A DNA stretch of 63,712 nt, filler included, from 7 parts of 7 records of this genome joined end to end with filler, not necessarily neighbours in it, one strand, 5' to 3'; shown: positions 1 through 10,146, counted from the first letter of the whole stretch. A program made the numbers and translations. The notes: generated from the letters alone by a model not told the origin.

Positions 1-162
1 TGAAAAAATGACTTTTTTATCGTCTGACATATTCTTTGATTTCTGGTTAAATTCAAAGTTAGCAAAAGCAAGAGAATCAATTGTAGTCGAAAAGAAATGT
101 TTCTAACAAAAAACGCCCAAGAAATCTTGAGCGTTCACTTTATTAAGGTAAAATTTTATTTT

Positions 163-441
163 TCAATGAAATGCTGTTCCTGTAGATAGTTTTACAATAT
201 AGTTTACGACAATAATCGCCGTACTTAAAGAAAACAGTATTACAACAGCTTTTGGTCCTCTCTTCCATTTAAAACTCAAGTGTCCAATTGTTACCAGAAC
301 ACAAAGAATGAAAGGAATTGTAGCGGGAAACATTTTGATGGAACCTAATACATCTCCTTCAAACAAAAGCACAAAAGAACGTTGAAAACCGCATGTTAAG
401 CAATCGAATCCAAAGTGCGCTTTCCAGCTACATTCTATCAA
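163..441 (-). CDS. DUF2752-family small membrane protein
   Basis: Motif C-x-x-K-x-x-FG-x-DC-x-x-CG-x-QRS followed by two hydrophobic helices; lies next to CCC-motif membrane proteins, as is usual in Bacteroidota. Confidence 0.8.
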   Translation of the reverse strand: MIECSWKAHFGFDCLTCGFQRSFVLLFEGDVLGSIKMFPATIPFILCVLVTIGHLSFKWKRGPKAVVILFSLSTAIIVVNYIVKLSTGTAFH

Positions 442-797
442 AATCTAGAGTAAGAAGAGCCAGCCACAACTCCGATGATGATTAAAATAGCAAATAAGAA
501 ATATAATCCTGAAAGACATGTTCCGATGATTGCACAAATGTAACCTGCTTTTGCTGTGTTGTAAGAGGTTTGATAAACCTGAGGATTTGAGTTATAAGTT
601 GCTTTCGCTTTTTTATGCATCCCAAGTGCTATTAATCCGCAGATAAGTCCTGGAACACCATACAACCAGCACGTTGCAATCGATATAATCCCCAAGGCCA
701 AGATCCCTCCTGCGTTTGGAACAGGGCGTTGGTCTCCGTAGTTTGTATTTTGATTTCCAGTAACTCCTGGATCTAGTAAATCGTTTTGTTCTGACAT
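438..797 (-). CDS. CCC-motif/DUF4190-like membrane protein (paralog 1)
   Basis: PNA..IL.LGI.SI..C..YG..GLICG.IAL and AG.ICAIIGT motifs; two hydrophobic segments. Confidence 0.75.
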   Translation of the reverse strand: MSEQNDLLDPGVTGNQNTNYGDQRPVPNAGGILALGIISIATCWLYGVPGLICGLIALGMHKKAKATYNSNPQVYQTSYNTAKAGYICAIIGTCLSGLYFLFAILIIIGVVAGSSYSRF

Positions 798-819
798 AGT
801 GATATTAGTTTATTGATTA

Positions 820-1185
820 TTAATAATGTGATAAATTGTTTACAAATGAGAGGAATACTATCAGCCAAATAATCGCAGCTGCGAAAAATAATGCTGAGAG
901 TGAAGTTCCTATGATTGCACAAATTTGACCCGCTTTGGCATTTTTAAAAGAAGCTTCGTACTTGGCTGGATTGGTATCATTCACAGCTTTCGCTTTTTTA
1001 AATAGAATGAGGGCTATTATGCCACAAATCAATCCTGGAAGCCCATACATGAAGCATCCGACAATTGAGCAAATTCCTAGTACAAGGACAGCATTTGCAT
1101 TGGGAACTGGTTGTTGGGACTCATATCCACCAGTGTTATTACTTCCAGAAACTCCTGGATCGAGTAAATCGTCTAATTCTGACAT
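820..1185 (-). CDS. CCC-motif/DUF4190-like membrane protein (paralog 2)
   Basis: Clearly paralogous to 438..797 (DLLDPGV, PVPNA, YG.PGLICG, AKAG.ICAIIGT). Confidence 0.75.
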   Translation of the reverse strand: MSELDDLLDPGVSGSNNTGGYESQQPVPNANAVLVLGICSIVGCFMYGLPGLICGIIALILFKKAKAVNDTNPAKYEASFKNAKAGQICAIIGTSLSALFFAAAIIWLIVFLSFVNNLSHY

Positions 1186-1190
1186 TCAAT

Positions 1191-1706
1191 TTATTTTAAA
1201 TGCTTGTAGTTTACACCATACATAATGATGAAACCGGCGGCAAAGATAACATTGATTGCTATACCAAGCGCTCCAAAATTTGCTAGCCATCCAGTCATCA
1301 AATATTGCATTGCAAAAGCGCTAACAATCACAGGAATAATCCATCCTGGAATGTAAAGGAAGAATCCAACTTTTTTAAGTTTCCACATCATAAGTGCTCC
1401 AATTAAGCACAAAGCACTTCCTATCAGGTTTGCCCAGTTCGAGTAGGTTGTCCAGCGTTCCATTTCTTCAAAATTAAATCCGAAAACGTCACCGAGAGGG
1501 TTATTGTCCATTTGTCGCTGAGCAATTCGCATGGATGCTTGGTTTACCCCAGAGAACAATAAACCAAACAATGCCGCAAGTACACCAAAACCTGAGCCGA
1601 CAAATGTTAGAATACATAAAACAGTTAAAAAAACAGGTCGCGCTGGTGGCGTGTACACATAATTGCCTGTAGACGTATTATCGAGTAAATCTTTAGAATC
1701 TTCCAT
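1191..1706 (-). CDS. hypothetical multi-pass membrane protein
   Basis: RPVFLTVLCILTF motif, about four hydrophobic segments, co-oriented in the operon. Confidence 0.7.
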   Translation of the reverse strand: MEDSKDLLDNTSTGNYVYTPPARPVFLTVLCILTFVGSGFGVLAALFGLLFSGVNQASMRIAQRQMDNNPLGDVFGFNFEEMERWTTYSNWANLIGSALCLIGALMMWKLKKVGFFLYIPGWIIPVIVSAFAMQYLMTGWLANFGALGIAINVIFAAGFIIMYGVNYKHLK

Positions 1707-1769
1707 GAATATTGGTTTATAGTTAACACATAGATAAGAAATATTTCCTTTTTAGAGGCAATTCAAATG

Positions 1770-1803
1770 AAAAAAGGGTCTCTTCTTTCGAAGAAACCCT
1801 TTT
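1770..1803 (-). terminator. intrinsic terminator
   Basis: AAAAGGG..TCTTC / GAAGA..CCCTTTT hairpin with a T-tract on the minus strand, just after the stop of 1822..2166. Confidence 0.6.
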
Positions 1804-1821
1804 AATATTAATTAATTGATC

Positions 1822-2166
1822 TTAATTATTCTCATTGAACATATCGCTAAGCTCTTGCTGATCGATATTGTTTAAACGATCAAATCCAGCCTCCATCGCA
1901 GCATTTACCGCCATGATAGCAATAATTGTCCAAACAACTCCAAGGATTAGACCGATAATCCCCATAACTAGACCGGCTTTAGCCTTGCCTTTAGTTGAAG
2001 CCAAATCTGGATCCGCCTTAACTTTGTTGAGGGCAACAATACCAAAAATAATCGCCAATAAACCACATAAAGCGGCTATCCATCCAGTTAAAAACAACGC
2101 GATTGAAATAATTCCTAAAACGAGGGCAGCTACTGCCATACCGTTTTTCTTTTGCATTTCTGACAT
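1822..2166 (-). CDS. DUF4190-family membrane protein
   Basis: KNGMAVAALVLGIISI...LAIIFGIVAL...GKAKAGLVMGIIG pattern. Confidence 0.8.
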   Translation of the reverse strand: MSEMQKKNGMAVAALVLGIISIALFLTGWIAALCGLLAIIFGIVALNKVKADPDLASTKGKAKAGLVMGIIGLILGVVWTIIAIMAVNAAMEAGFDRLNNIDQQELSDMFNENN

Positions 2167-2318
2167 AATAATAGTTTAATAGTTGAGGTCAAATATATAA
2201 AAAACCCGTTTGGAGAACACTTAGATCAAAAAAAAAATAGGTAAAACTATTAACAATTGATCCTTAATAATGTTCAAAACTGCAAATGCTTAATGTCTTA
2301 AAAGACTGATAAATCGCA

Positions 2319-3791
2319 TTAGATAAGAATTCCAATAACTGAAACATCGTCGACCTGTTCTGCACTTCCCTTCCATTCAGCAAAGTGATTTTCGAGACGT
2401 TCTTTCACCTCTATCATTGATTCCCCATAAGAACTGAGTAACAAGTTCTTTAATTCCTGCATTCCCATTTTTTTTCCACGACTTCCTCCGAATTGATCCG
2501 CAAACCCGTCTGAGAAAAGAAAAATGACATCTCCTTTTTTTAATTGAATGTGATCTACATTAAAAACACTCTTTTTTGCATGTCTTCCAATCGGTTGTCT
2601 GGTTGATGGTATTTTCAAAAGTTCCCCATTTGAAAGCACTAAAATTCCATTGTTCGCCCCAGAGAACTCTAGAGTTAACGTATTTTTATCAAGGTTACAG
2701 AGGGCAATGTCCATCCCATCATATCCTTTTGAAAAGCGACCAGAAACAAGATCATCGACCTGCCCCAAAAAGCTTCCCGTTGAATTAAACTCCCCTAAGG
2801 TCATAATTCGATTCATTGCATTTGAGCACACTACACTCACCATTGCACCTGGAACTCCATGCCCTGTACAATCACCCAAAGCGAAGAAAACATTATCACC
2901 CGATTCTTCCAACCAATAAAAATCTCCAGAGACTATGTCTTTAGGTAAATAAACAATAAAATGATCACTAAAATTTGTCGAAAACTTCGGTCTTGGAGGA
3001 AGGAATGCTTCTTGAATATTTAGTGCATATCGAATTGAATCATTAATATCTCTATTTTTTGTCTCAATCTCTGTTTTCTGACGAATAAGCAGTTTTTTTT
3101 GCTCTTGATCATTCCTTAAGATTTTTCGAGCGTAAATGGAAAGTACAACTGCGAGACTAGCTATAATAAGTAGCGTAATTAAAATTGCCTCCAAGTAATC
3201 TTTTCGAACCATCATCATGAACTTCGAAAAGTCTACATCAGCTTCTAGGACGCAGACTAAGTCACCGGCCTTGTTTTTCACTGGATGAAAAGCAGACAGC
3301 CAAACCCCATTTTCGGATGAATACCTTGGAAGTGTACCTCCTATTTCCATTTTATCCACTAACTCTTTCGGAAAACGCACGTATTCATGGCGGAAATAAA
3401 CATTTTCACCCGAGCGAATTCCCTGAACAAAGATTCTTTTTTCCTGATCGTATGTGAGTGTATAAATGGGCTGTTCTAGGTGATTAATTTTAGCCACCTG
3501 AGAAAACAGTGCATTGTACATCAAATAGGTACTGTCATCTGAAATTGAATGTATTCCATCTTTTTCAGGATATTTGTTCAACATTCTTTCTACTGCATCT
3601 CCGTCCATGACTAACGCCAGTGAACTAACGATTGATTTCAACTTGTCGTATTGTCGAATTTCCTGAAGTTTGAGTGCATTGTAATAACCAAAAGTGATAT
3701 AAAATCCAGAAATACCAATAATTAGAAGGTAAATTACCAACATAATTCTAGTGGCAGTATTCCGTATGATCTGTCTGATTAAACTACTCAA
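2319..3791 (-). CDS. membrane sensor with SpoIIE/PP2C phosphatase domain
   Basis: Two TM helices flanking an extracytoplasmic domain; PKDIVSGDFYW, DCTGHGVPGA, DGMD, SDGFADQFGG and QVDD motifs. Confidence 0.9.
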   Translation of the reverse strand: MSSLIRQIIRNTATRIMLVIYLLIIGISGFYITFGYYNALKLQEIRQYDKLKSIVSSLALVMDGDAVERMLNKYPEKDGIHSISDDSTYLMYNALFSQVAKINHLEQPIYTLTYDQEKRIFVQGIRSGENVYFRHEYVRFPKELVDKMEIGGTLPRYSSENGVWLSAFHPVKNKAGDLVCVLEADVDFSKFMMMVRKDYLEAILITLLIIASLAVVLSIYARKILRNDQEQKKLLIRQKTEIETKNRDINDSIRYALNIQEAFLPPRPKFSTNFSDHFIVYLPKDIVSGDFYWLEESGDNVFFALGDCTGHGVPGAMVSVVCSNAMNRIMTLGEFNSTGSFLGQVDDLVSGRFSKGYDGMDIALCNLDKNTLTLEFSGANNGILVLSNGELLKIPSTRQPIGRHAKKSVFNVDHIQLKKGDVIFLFSDGFADQFGGSRGKKMGMQELKNLLLSSYGESMIEVKERLENHFAEWKGSAEQVDDVSVIGILI

Positions 3792-3915
3792 GGCGTTTTA
3801 ATTTTAATTTAACGGTTCAACGATAAAGATGCTCAAACTTTTTGAATGTAATTCTTTAGACGAGAATCTTTTGAAAAATCGACGAACATACTTACCTTAA
3901 CTTCAAATTTTAACC

Positions 3916-4539
3916 ATGTCAAGATTTATCGCTCCTCTTTTTCTTCTGCTGTTGTTATTCTCTTGTAATAAGGGAACTCCCAGTTTTGTTATTAATGGAA
4001 ATATTTTAGACCTTACATTTGGACAGCCGCTTGAGGGCGCTGATGTAAAGCTGTTTCAACTTTCTATTGGGAGTTCTTCATATAAGCAAATTGCATCGAC
4101 ACAAACTGGAAGTGATGGCAGTTATTCATTTGAATTTAACCGCGATAAAACAGAATCTTACATTATTCAAGTTTCGAAAAATGATTACTTTTCTAAGGAA
4201 GATGAATTTTCTCTTTCCGATTTATCAATTAAGGAAACGAACTATAGAAACTTCTTTGTAACTGCTAAATCGTGGGTGAATTTACGTTTTGTACATACAA
4301 GTGGAAGTCAATCGGATGTTTTGAAATACATAAAACAAGAAGGTAAGCAAGAATGCGACGATTGCTGTCCAACTACGTATCAGTATGTAAACGGATTGAT
4401 CGATACGTCAATTTACTGTATCAACGATGGAAACACGACGTATTCATACATTTACTGGTTGTTAAACACTACACAACAAGGAAGTAAGTCAATTACAACT
4501 GTACCTTTCGATACCGTCGAATTAGTTCTGAGCTACTAA
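3916..4539 (+). CDS. lipoprotein with carboxypeptidase-regulatory-like domain
   Basis: Lipobox LLFSC; PLEGADVKL...TGSDGSYSF transthyretin-like pattern. Confidence 0.7.
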   Translation: MSRFIAPLFLLLLLFSCNKGTPSFVINGNILDLTFGQPLEGADVKLFQLSIGSSSYKQIASTQTGSDGSYSFEFNRDKTESYIIQVSKNDYFSKEDEFSLSDLSIKETNYRNFFVTAKSWVNLRFVHTSGSQSDVLKYIKQEGKQECDDCCPTTYQYVNGLIDTSIYCINDGNTTYSYIYWLLNTTQQGSKSITTVPFDTVELVLSY

Positions 4540-5465
4540 TATTTTCGGAGTTTAATGGAGGTCGAATATTCAGGTGATTGAATTGTCACTAGATAAATCC
4601 CTTCAATTAAACCGTTCAAATTCATTTCTATTGTTTGCCTTCCTTCTCCGAGTTCACCCGAATACAGGTTTTTAACTAGTTCTCCAGCAAGATTAAACAA
4701 TTTGATCTGCGCATTGATATCTTGAGGTAATTCTAGTTCCAATTGCGATGCCTCTCTCGCTGGATTAGGGAAGACTTTGGCCGAAAACTCTACTTTAACT
4801 TCCGATTCCGTACTATCAATATCCTCCTGAACATATTCAATAAATGATGGCGTGAAACCCATTCCACCCAACCTCATGATGTCTCTGTTAACATCCTCAA
4901 ACTCCATTGGCTCATACCTCATAGCACCTTGAATGTTTTCAATTGGAAAATCAGGAACTATTTGAATCACTTCGATCTCAGCTTTACCTACTTTCGGAAT
5001 TACTGTTGGAACTGCTTGTACATTTTCAGTACTGACAACTAACGTGTCATTCTGGAGTTTTGGGACCTCATTTTTTTCATGAATCAAGGATTGTCCAGCA
5101 GTTTGAATTTCGCCGAATTTCCGTTTTTCTTCTTCATTACAGCTAAATAGTGTAAATCCGAAAGCGACAATTAGAGAGAAGATTAAAATACTTTGAAACG
5201 AACGTTTATTGTTTCTCTCCCAAGCACGAAAATCAACGTTCATGGTTTCCAAAGTACTCGGGGAAATTCTTCCACAAAGGCTCCCTGATTGATTATTCAA
5301 TAAAACTTGTTTGATTTCCATCGGTGATTTTCCGCTAAAATCGTAGACTTCAAGAGAACATTTTTTACAAAAAGCTCCCAATTCTGTAGGTGTCATCTTG
5401 TTCCAATCTTCAGAACAAGGCTTGTCAATATAGATTCCCATGGCGTTGATTTTGATCCTGTACAT
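4536..5465 (-). CDS. T9SS type A sorting domain protein with N-terminal Cys motif
   Basis: C-terminal VFPNPA...LFNLAGELV...GIYLVTI domain; N-terminal PCSEDW..M...FCKKC..EVYDF...CG motif. Confidence 0.8.
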   Translation of the reverse strand: MYRIKINAMGIYIDKPCSEDWNKMTPTELGAFCKKCSLEVYDFSGKSPMEIKQVLLNNQSGSLCGRISPSTLETMNVDFRAWERNNKRSFQSILIFSLIVAFGFTLFSCNEEEKRKFGEIQTAGQSLIHEKNEVPKLQNDTLVVSTENVQAVPTVIPKVGKAEIEVIQIVPDFPIENIQGAMRYEPMEFEDVNRDIMRLGGMGFTPSFIEYVQEDIDSTESEVKVEFSAKVFPNPAREASQLELELPQDINAQIKLFNLAGELVKNLYSGELGEGRQTIEMNLNGLIEGIYLVTIQSPEYSTSIKLRKY

Positions 5466-5507
5466 GCAAGATGCACATTTGGTTCAAAATCCACAGAAGC
5501 GCTTTAT

Positions 5508-7019
5508 TTATTCGTCTTCGAGATTTGCTCTAAGTTTCTGTCTTAACTGTCGCACGTATGTTTCGCTGATATACTTCAAGTAATTCGGAGTACTTTTCGT
5601 GATACATTTTGTGTAGTGCTTCAAGCGATGCTCGATGTGGTCTTTCAACATTTCCATAAGTTCAAGCCCATGAAAATAATCTTCCGCCGCATCACAAATT
5701 ACTTTAAAGTGATTCTCAAGAGATAAATCTACTGCCTCTTTCCCTTTTAATCCGCGGTCAACGCAATCGTAGTAAACATCTTTGATACTGAATTCTTCCA
5801 GTTCTTTAACGTTTAAAATTTCTTCTGATCCTCTAGGGAATTCAAATTCTGTTTCAAATTCTAGATCCTCTGTTTCGCTTAATCTTGCTTCTAAGAACCT
5901 ATCTGGAAAACGGAAGGCATCTTGCCAATTCAAATAATCTTGCCACAAGCCGAATCGTCGAACATTATTCCCTAAGTCGATGACCTTAAATCGGTCTTTT
6001 TTAGGCAGCTTTCGCGATCCACGCCCGATCATCTGGTGATACAATGTTAAAGAACGCGTGGCTCTATTTAGTATAATTGTCTCAACTGTTGGCTCATCAA
6101 ATCCTGTTGTCAAAATCCCAACTGACGAAAGAATCGCATCAGGTGTTTTCTTAAACCAGCTCAATACATCTTTTCTATCCTTATCGCTAAATGTTGAATC
6201 CAAGTGTCGAATTGGGAAACCGCGTTTTTTAAACGTTTCCTCAACACGAAGAGATGTATCAATTCCTGAGTTAAAAATCAACGTCTTATTCCCTACTGCA
6301 ACTTCTTCATAAGCAAAAAGTAACTTTTCTTGCATGAAATAGTTCCCGTAAACCACGTCAGAGCTACTTACTGTAAAGTCGCCATTCGAACCAATTTTCA
6401 AACCGTGAAGGTTTACATCGTATGTATATGAATCCGCATCCGCCAAGTATCCCGATTCGATAAGAGAAGAAATGCTTTCACCAACTAGTAACTTATTATA
6501 GTTATCGTTTAGGGGAAGTGCTTTGTTACTGCTCAAAGGTGTCGCTGTTACACCAAGTATATTTGCATTCTCATAATACTGGAAAATCTTTCTAAAGCTA
6601 TTATAGTGCGCCTCATCAACAATTACCAGGCCTACACCTTTGATAAAGTTCTCATCGTCGCTTAATCGGTTGTTTAGTGTTTCAACCATTGCAATGAAGC
6701 AGTTAAATTCCGTTTGATCAGGAATCGTCTTTACCTCGCTGTTAATGATCTTATTTCCAACACCAATTGCCGAAAGTTGCTTTGATGTCTGAACAGAAAG
6801 TTCAATCCTATGTGTTAAAATAAGTACCTTTTCATTCGTTTGCTCAATGTAATTCCGAGCAATTTCAGAGAAAATCACGGTCTTACCTCCACCCGTAGGT
6901 AATTGAAACAAAAGATTGAAATCTTTCCCATTATCATGAAGTTCTTTTAGAAGTAATTTTACTGTTTTCTCCTGAAAAGGGTAAAGCACTTTGGCTTCGT
7001 AAAGTTCCGTATCAATCAT
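5508..7019 (-). CDS. SF2 DEAD/DEAH-box helicase (RadD/ResIII-like)
   Basis: LPTGGGKT, DEAH, TATP, TTGFD and QMIGRGSR motifs. Confidence 0.9.
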   Translation of the reverse strand: MIDTELYEAKVLYPFQEKTVKLLLKELHDNGKDFNLLFQLPTGGGKTVIFSEIARNYIEQTNEKVLILTHRIELSVQTSKQLSAIGVGNKIINSEVKTIPDQTEFNCFIAMVETLNNRLSDDENFIKGVGLVIVDEAHYNSFRKIFQYYENANILGVTATPLSSNKALPLNDNYNKLLVGESISSLIESGYLADADSYTYDVNLHGLKIGSNGDFTVSSSDVVYGNYFMQEKLLFAYEEVAVGNKTLIFNSGIDTSLRVEETFKKRGFPIRHLDSTFSDKDRKDVLSWFKKTPDAILSSVGILTTGFDEPTVETIILNRATRSLTLYHQMIGRGSRKLPKKDRFKVIDLGNNVRRFGLWQDYLNWQDAFRFPDRFLEARLSETEDLEFETEFEFPRGSEEILNVKELEEFSIKDVYYDCVDRGLKGKEAVDLSLENHFKVICDAAEDYFHGLELMEMLKDHIEHRLKHYTKCITKSTPNYLKYISETYVRQLRQKLRANLEDE

Positions 7020-7167
7020 ATTTTTTCCTGCAAAAATGCGGCTACAAAGCTAGTGTCTTTTTAATGAAAACACAAATTAAAGTGCTTTATTCGGAGAATT
7101 AAATACTTGAATTCCTAAGCTTGCCTCTTCTAAGGAGAAAAGCGACCCAACATATTTCGCGAAATGT

Positions 7168-7175
7168 TACTTTTG
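7168..7175 (+). promoter_or_regulatory. Bacteroidota -7 promoter box (TAnnTTTG) upstream of trxB
   Basis: TACTTTTG about 40 nt before the ATG. Confidence 0.5.
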
Positions 7176-7212
7176 TTCCTACGTCTAAAGAATAAACATT
7201 AGTTAAAATAAA

Positions 7213-8163
7213 ATGAGCGAAATAGAAAAAGTAAAGTGCTTAATTATTGGTTCTGGCCCTGCTGGATTTACGGCTGCAATATATGCAGCAAGAGCTGATA
7301 TGAAGCCTGTCTTATATCAAGGAATGCAGCCTGGAGGACAGCTTACAACAACAAATGAAGTAGAAAATTTCCCTGGTTATCCGGATGGTGTAACTGGTCC
7401 AGAAATGATGATTCAACTTGAAGCGCAAGCAAAAAGATTTGAAACAGATGTTCGTTTTGGATTCATAAACAAGGTTGATTTCTCTGGTGATGTTCATAAG
7501 GCTTGGGTAGAAGATGGTACTGAAATTCATGCAGATACAATCATTATCTCAACTGGAGCTTCAGCTAAGTATTTAGGTCTAGAAAGTGAACAACACTATT
7601 TGAAAATTGGTGGTGGGGTTTCAGCGTGTGCGGTTTGTGATGGGTTCTTTTACCGTGGTCAAGAAACAGTAATTGTTGGCGCTGGAGATTCAGCGTGTGA
7701 AGAGGCACACTACCTTTCAAAATTATGCACAAAAGTAACCATGTTGGTTCGTCGTGATGAGTTTAGAGCTTCAAAAATCATGGCAGAACGTGTTAAGAAT
7801 ACGCCAAATATTGAAATCTTATTCAACACGAATACGGATGAAGTTTTAGGTGATGGACAAGGTGTAACTGGTGTTCGTGTGAAAAATTCAGTAACGGGAG
7901 AATTGAAAGAAATTCCTTGTACAGGTTTCTTCGTAGCGATTGGTCACAAACCAAATACGGACATATTTAAGGATTATATTAACCTAGATGAAACAGGTTA
8001 CATTAAATACGAGCAAGCTGGAACCTCGAAAACGAATGTGCCTGGAGTTTTCGTAGCAGGTGATGCAGCGGATAAAACATATCGTCAAGCTGTTACTGCG
8101 GCAGGAACGGGATGTATGGCAGCATTGGATGCAGAGCGTTACTTAGCAGCTAAAGGACACTAA
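7213..8163 (+). CDS. trxB: thioredoxin-disulfide reductase
   Basis: GSGPAG, GGQLTTT, CAVCDG active site, YRQAVTAAGTGC. Confidence 0.97.
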   Translation: MSEIEKVKCLIIGSGPAGFTAAIYAARADMKPVLYQGMQPGGQLTTTNEVENFPGYPDGVTGPEMMIQLEAQAKRFETDVRFGFINKVDFSGDVHKAWVEDGTEIHADTIIISTGASAKYLGLESEQHYLKIGGGVSACAVCDGFFYRGQETVIVGAGDSACEEAHYLSKLCTKVTMLVRRDEFRASKIMAERVKNTPNIEILFNTNTDEVLGDGQGVTGVRVKNSVTGELKEIPCTGFFVAIGHKPNTDIFKDYINLDETGYIKYEQAGTSKTNVPGVFVAGDAADKTYRQAVTAAGTGCMAALDAERYLAAKGH

Positions 8164-8182
8164 TCCTCGTAAACATTATTGT

Positions 8183-8220
8183 AAAAAGAGCGGTGAATTT
8201 GAATTCACCGCTCTTTTTTT
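8183..8220. terminator. bidirectional intrinsic terminator
   Basis: AAAAAGAGCGGTGAATT / AATTCACCGCTCTTTTT perfect inverted repeat between convergent genes. Confidence 0.85.
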
Positions 8221-8262
8221 GCTTTTATCTTTCTCTTGGAAAACTATGAGTCAAATCGACTC

Positions 8263-9324
8263 TTATGGTTGAATAAATCGCGTTTTTTCGGTTATTTCTA
8301 TGGGATTGTCATTGTACCAATAAATAAACCCAGACCATTTATCACTGTTTGCCTCTAGCCAAGTTTTAAATTCATCTTCATTTCCTTTCATCATCAACCA
8401 ATGATTGTATGCTTCAAAATGCCCTTCTTTCTTTACTTTTTTCTGGTATTCGAAAAGTACAATTGGAAATGTTTCATTGTGTCCCGCTTCGTAATACTGA
8501 TCTACAAACGTCGTGCGAACTTTATTCAACGATCCAATTGTAACGTCCTTCATTAGAGCACAACTAATTGAAAAAATGGGTGCATAAACAGAAAGGCCAT
8601 AAGGCAATTTGAAATTCTCAAGATCATTGAGTACTATTTTATCACTTGAGATATCAATTCTCATTGAGGTGTCGCTAGTGATCGTAATTGCCTTTGTATA
8701 GGTATCGAAAATCTCTTGGCTAATTTGCTCTGTTCTTTTCGATCCTCTTTCGAGATTCATAAATAGTTCAGCATAAATTAAACCTAAATATCGATCCTCT
8801 GAATTCATGTAAATTCTTGCACACCAATAGTAGTTTGATGGAAACTCAGGATCTTCAAGTGTCCCTTTTATGTAATAATCGAGCGCTGCATTAAACTTGT
8901 CATTCGCCAGTTCCATATTTCCGCGCTCCAAATATAACTCCCCTGATTTCGGGAATTTCTTGAGTCCTTCTTCATAGGTTTTGATTGCCAAATCGGATTG
9001 TCCGTTATAGTCGTAAGTATTTCCTAATAATTGGTAAGCGCGAGGGAATGTATTTTTATCATCCGTGATCTTTTGCAAAATGGAAATCGCTTTTTTGTAG
9101 TCTTTTTTTAGCGTGTATGCAAATCCCATCTCGTATTGATAGTCCAAATTCTTTGGATCTAGCTTTTGCGCTTTTTTCAAAAGAACAATCGATTCCTCAA
9201 TTTCTCCTTTATCCATTTTTTCGATGGCAGTTATACAAAGGTCTCTTGCTTCTTTTTCTTTCTCCGTTTGTGCTGCTACAGCTAAAGGTAACACACAGAA
9301 TAGTAGAACGTAAATGGCTTTCAT
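8263..9324 (-). CDS. secreted TPR-repeat protein
   Basis: Signal peptide MKAIYVLLFCVLPLAVAAQ (start moved to ATG 9324); several TPR motifs. Confidence 0.8.
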   Translation of the reverse strand: MKAIYVLLFCVLPLAVAAQTEKEKEARDLCITAIEKMDKGEIEESIVLLKKAQKLDPKNLDYQYEMGFAYTLKKDYKKAISILQKITDDKNTFPRAYQLLGNTYDYNGQSDLAIKTYEEGLKKFPKSGELYLERGNMELANDKFNAALDYYIKGTLEDPEFPSNYYWCARIYMNSEDRYLGLIYAELFMNLERGSKRTEQISQEIFDTYTKAITITSDTSMRIDISSDKIVLNDLENFKLPYGLSVYAPIFSISCALMKDVTIGSLNKVRTTFVDQYYEAGHNETFPIVLFEYQKKVKKEGHFEAYNHWLMMKGNEDEFKTWLEANSDKWSGFIYWYNDNPIEITEKTRFIQP

Positions 9325-9384
9325 AGTTGAATGTTTTTTGCTACGAATTTTAAGATGATTAATCACTGACTGCTTTAATTAGTT

Positions 9385-10107
9385 TTACATTCCCGAATCA
9401 AGAAGGTCATTATCGTCTAAACGAATCGTTGCCACTCCACTTTGTAATTTTGACAAAAGCACTTCCATTTTGTGGTATTCCTTAATCATTTTAACTGCAA
9501 AAATTGCAGCAATGATAGAGATCGACGATGCAACTATACTTAGAAAACCGAATATAATTTGACCATCAATATCGTTGATTTTATCGCCTTGATTAGCGAT
9601 GGCTCCCAAAATTGAAGAGATTATCCACAAAGTCCACCAAACACCTGCTATTTTCATTCTCTTGGGATTTGCTTCGATCAATCCTTCTGCTACTAACAAA
9701 CCTTCCGTTTTTGTGAAGAGTTCTTTAGCAATCTGGAATGGTCCAAACCAGCTAAAAACAGGAATAAACCAAGCTCCAGCAGCCCATCCCTCGCTATACT
9801 GAAGTCCATTTGTTAATTGGTGTAAATTCCAATAAGCCCGTCTGAACCACATTATGAAATACACTATGGCAATGACGTTTACAGCGAGTAGAATCAATCC
9901 TCCAAACCCAAGTAGTATAAGCACAGGTCCAGACTGTAAACCTTCTGATAAATAAGTAAGATTTCCATATTCTAAATTCTTTAAGTCAAAAAGTACTTTT
10001 ATTGAATAGAGTTCAATTATCAATCCTAATATTACACCTCCAAGAATAAACCACATTGTTAATATGGCGTTCTTAGAACGTTGCTCGTTATCTTTCAGTT
10101 TAATCAT
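9385..10107 (-). CDS. DUF4328-family membrane protein
   Basis: FIMWFRRAYWNL...SEGWAAGAWFIP...P.QI..EL...WW.LW pattern. Confidence 0.8.
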   Translation of the reverse strand: MIKLKDNEQRSKNAILTMWFILGGVILGLIIELYSIKVLFDLKNLEYGNLTYLSEGLQSGPVLILLGFGGLILLAVNVIAIVYFIMWFRRAYWNLHQLTNGLQYSEGWAAGAWFIPVFSWFGPFQIAKELFTKTEGLLVAEGLIEANPKRMKIAGVWWTLWIISSILGAIANQGDKINDIDGQIIFGFLSIVASSISIIAAIFAVKMIKEYHKMEVLLSKLQSGVATIRLDDNDLLDSGM

Positions 10108-10146
10108 GATTAGTTTTTTTGATGCTAATATCAGTAAAAAAAGTAA

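Noticed and set aside
5508-7019. Helicase as a restriction or defence component
   Set aside because: Stand-alone among housekeeping genes, with no methylase or nuclease partner
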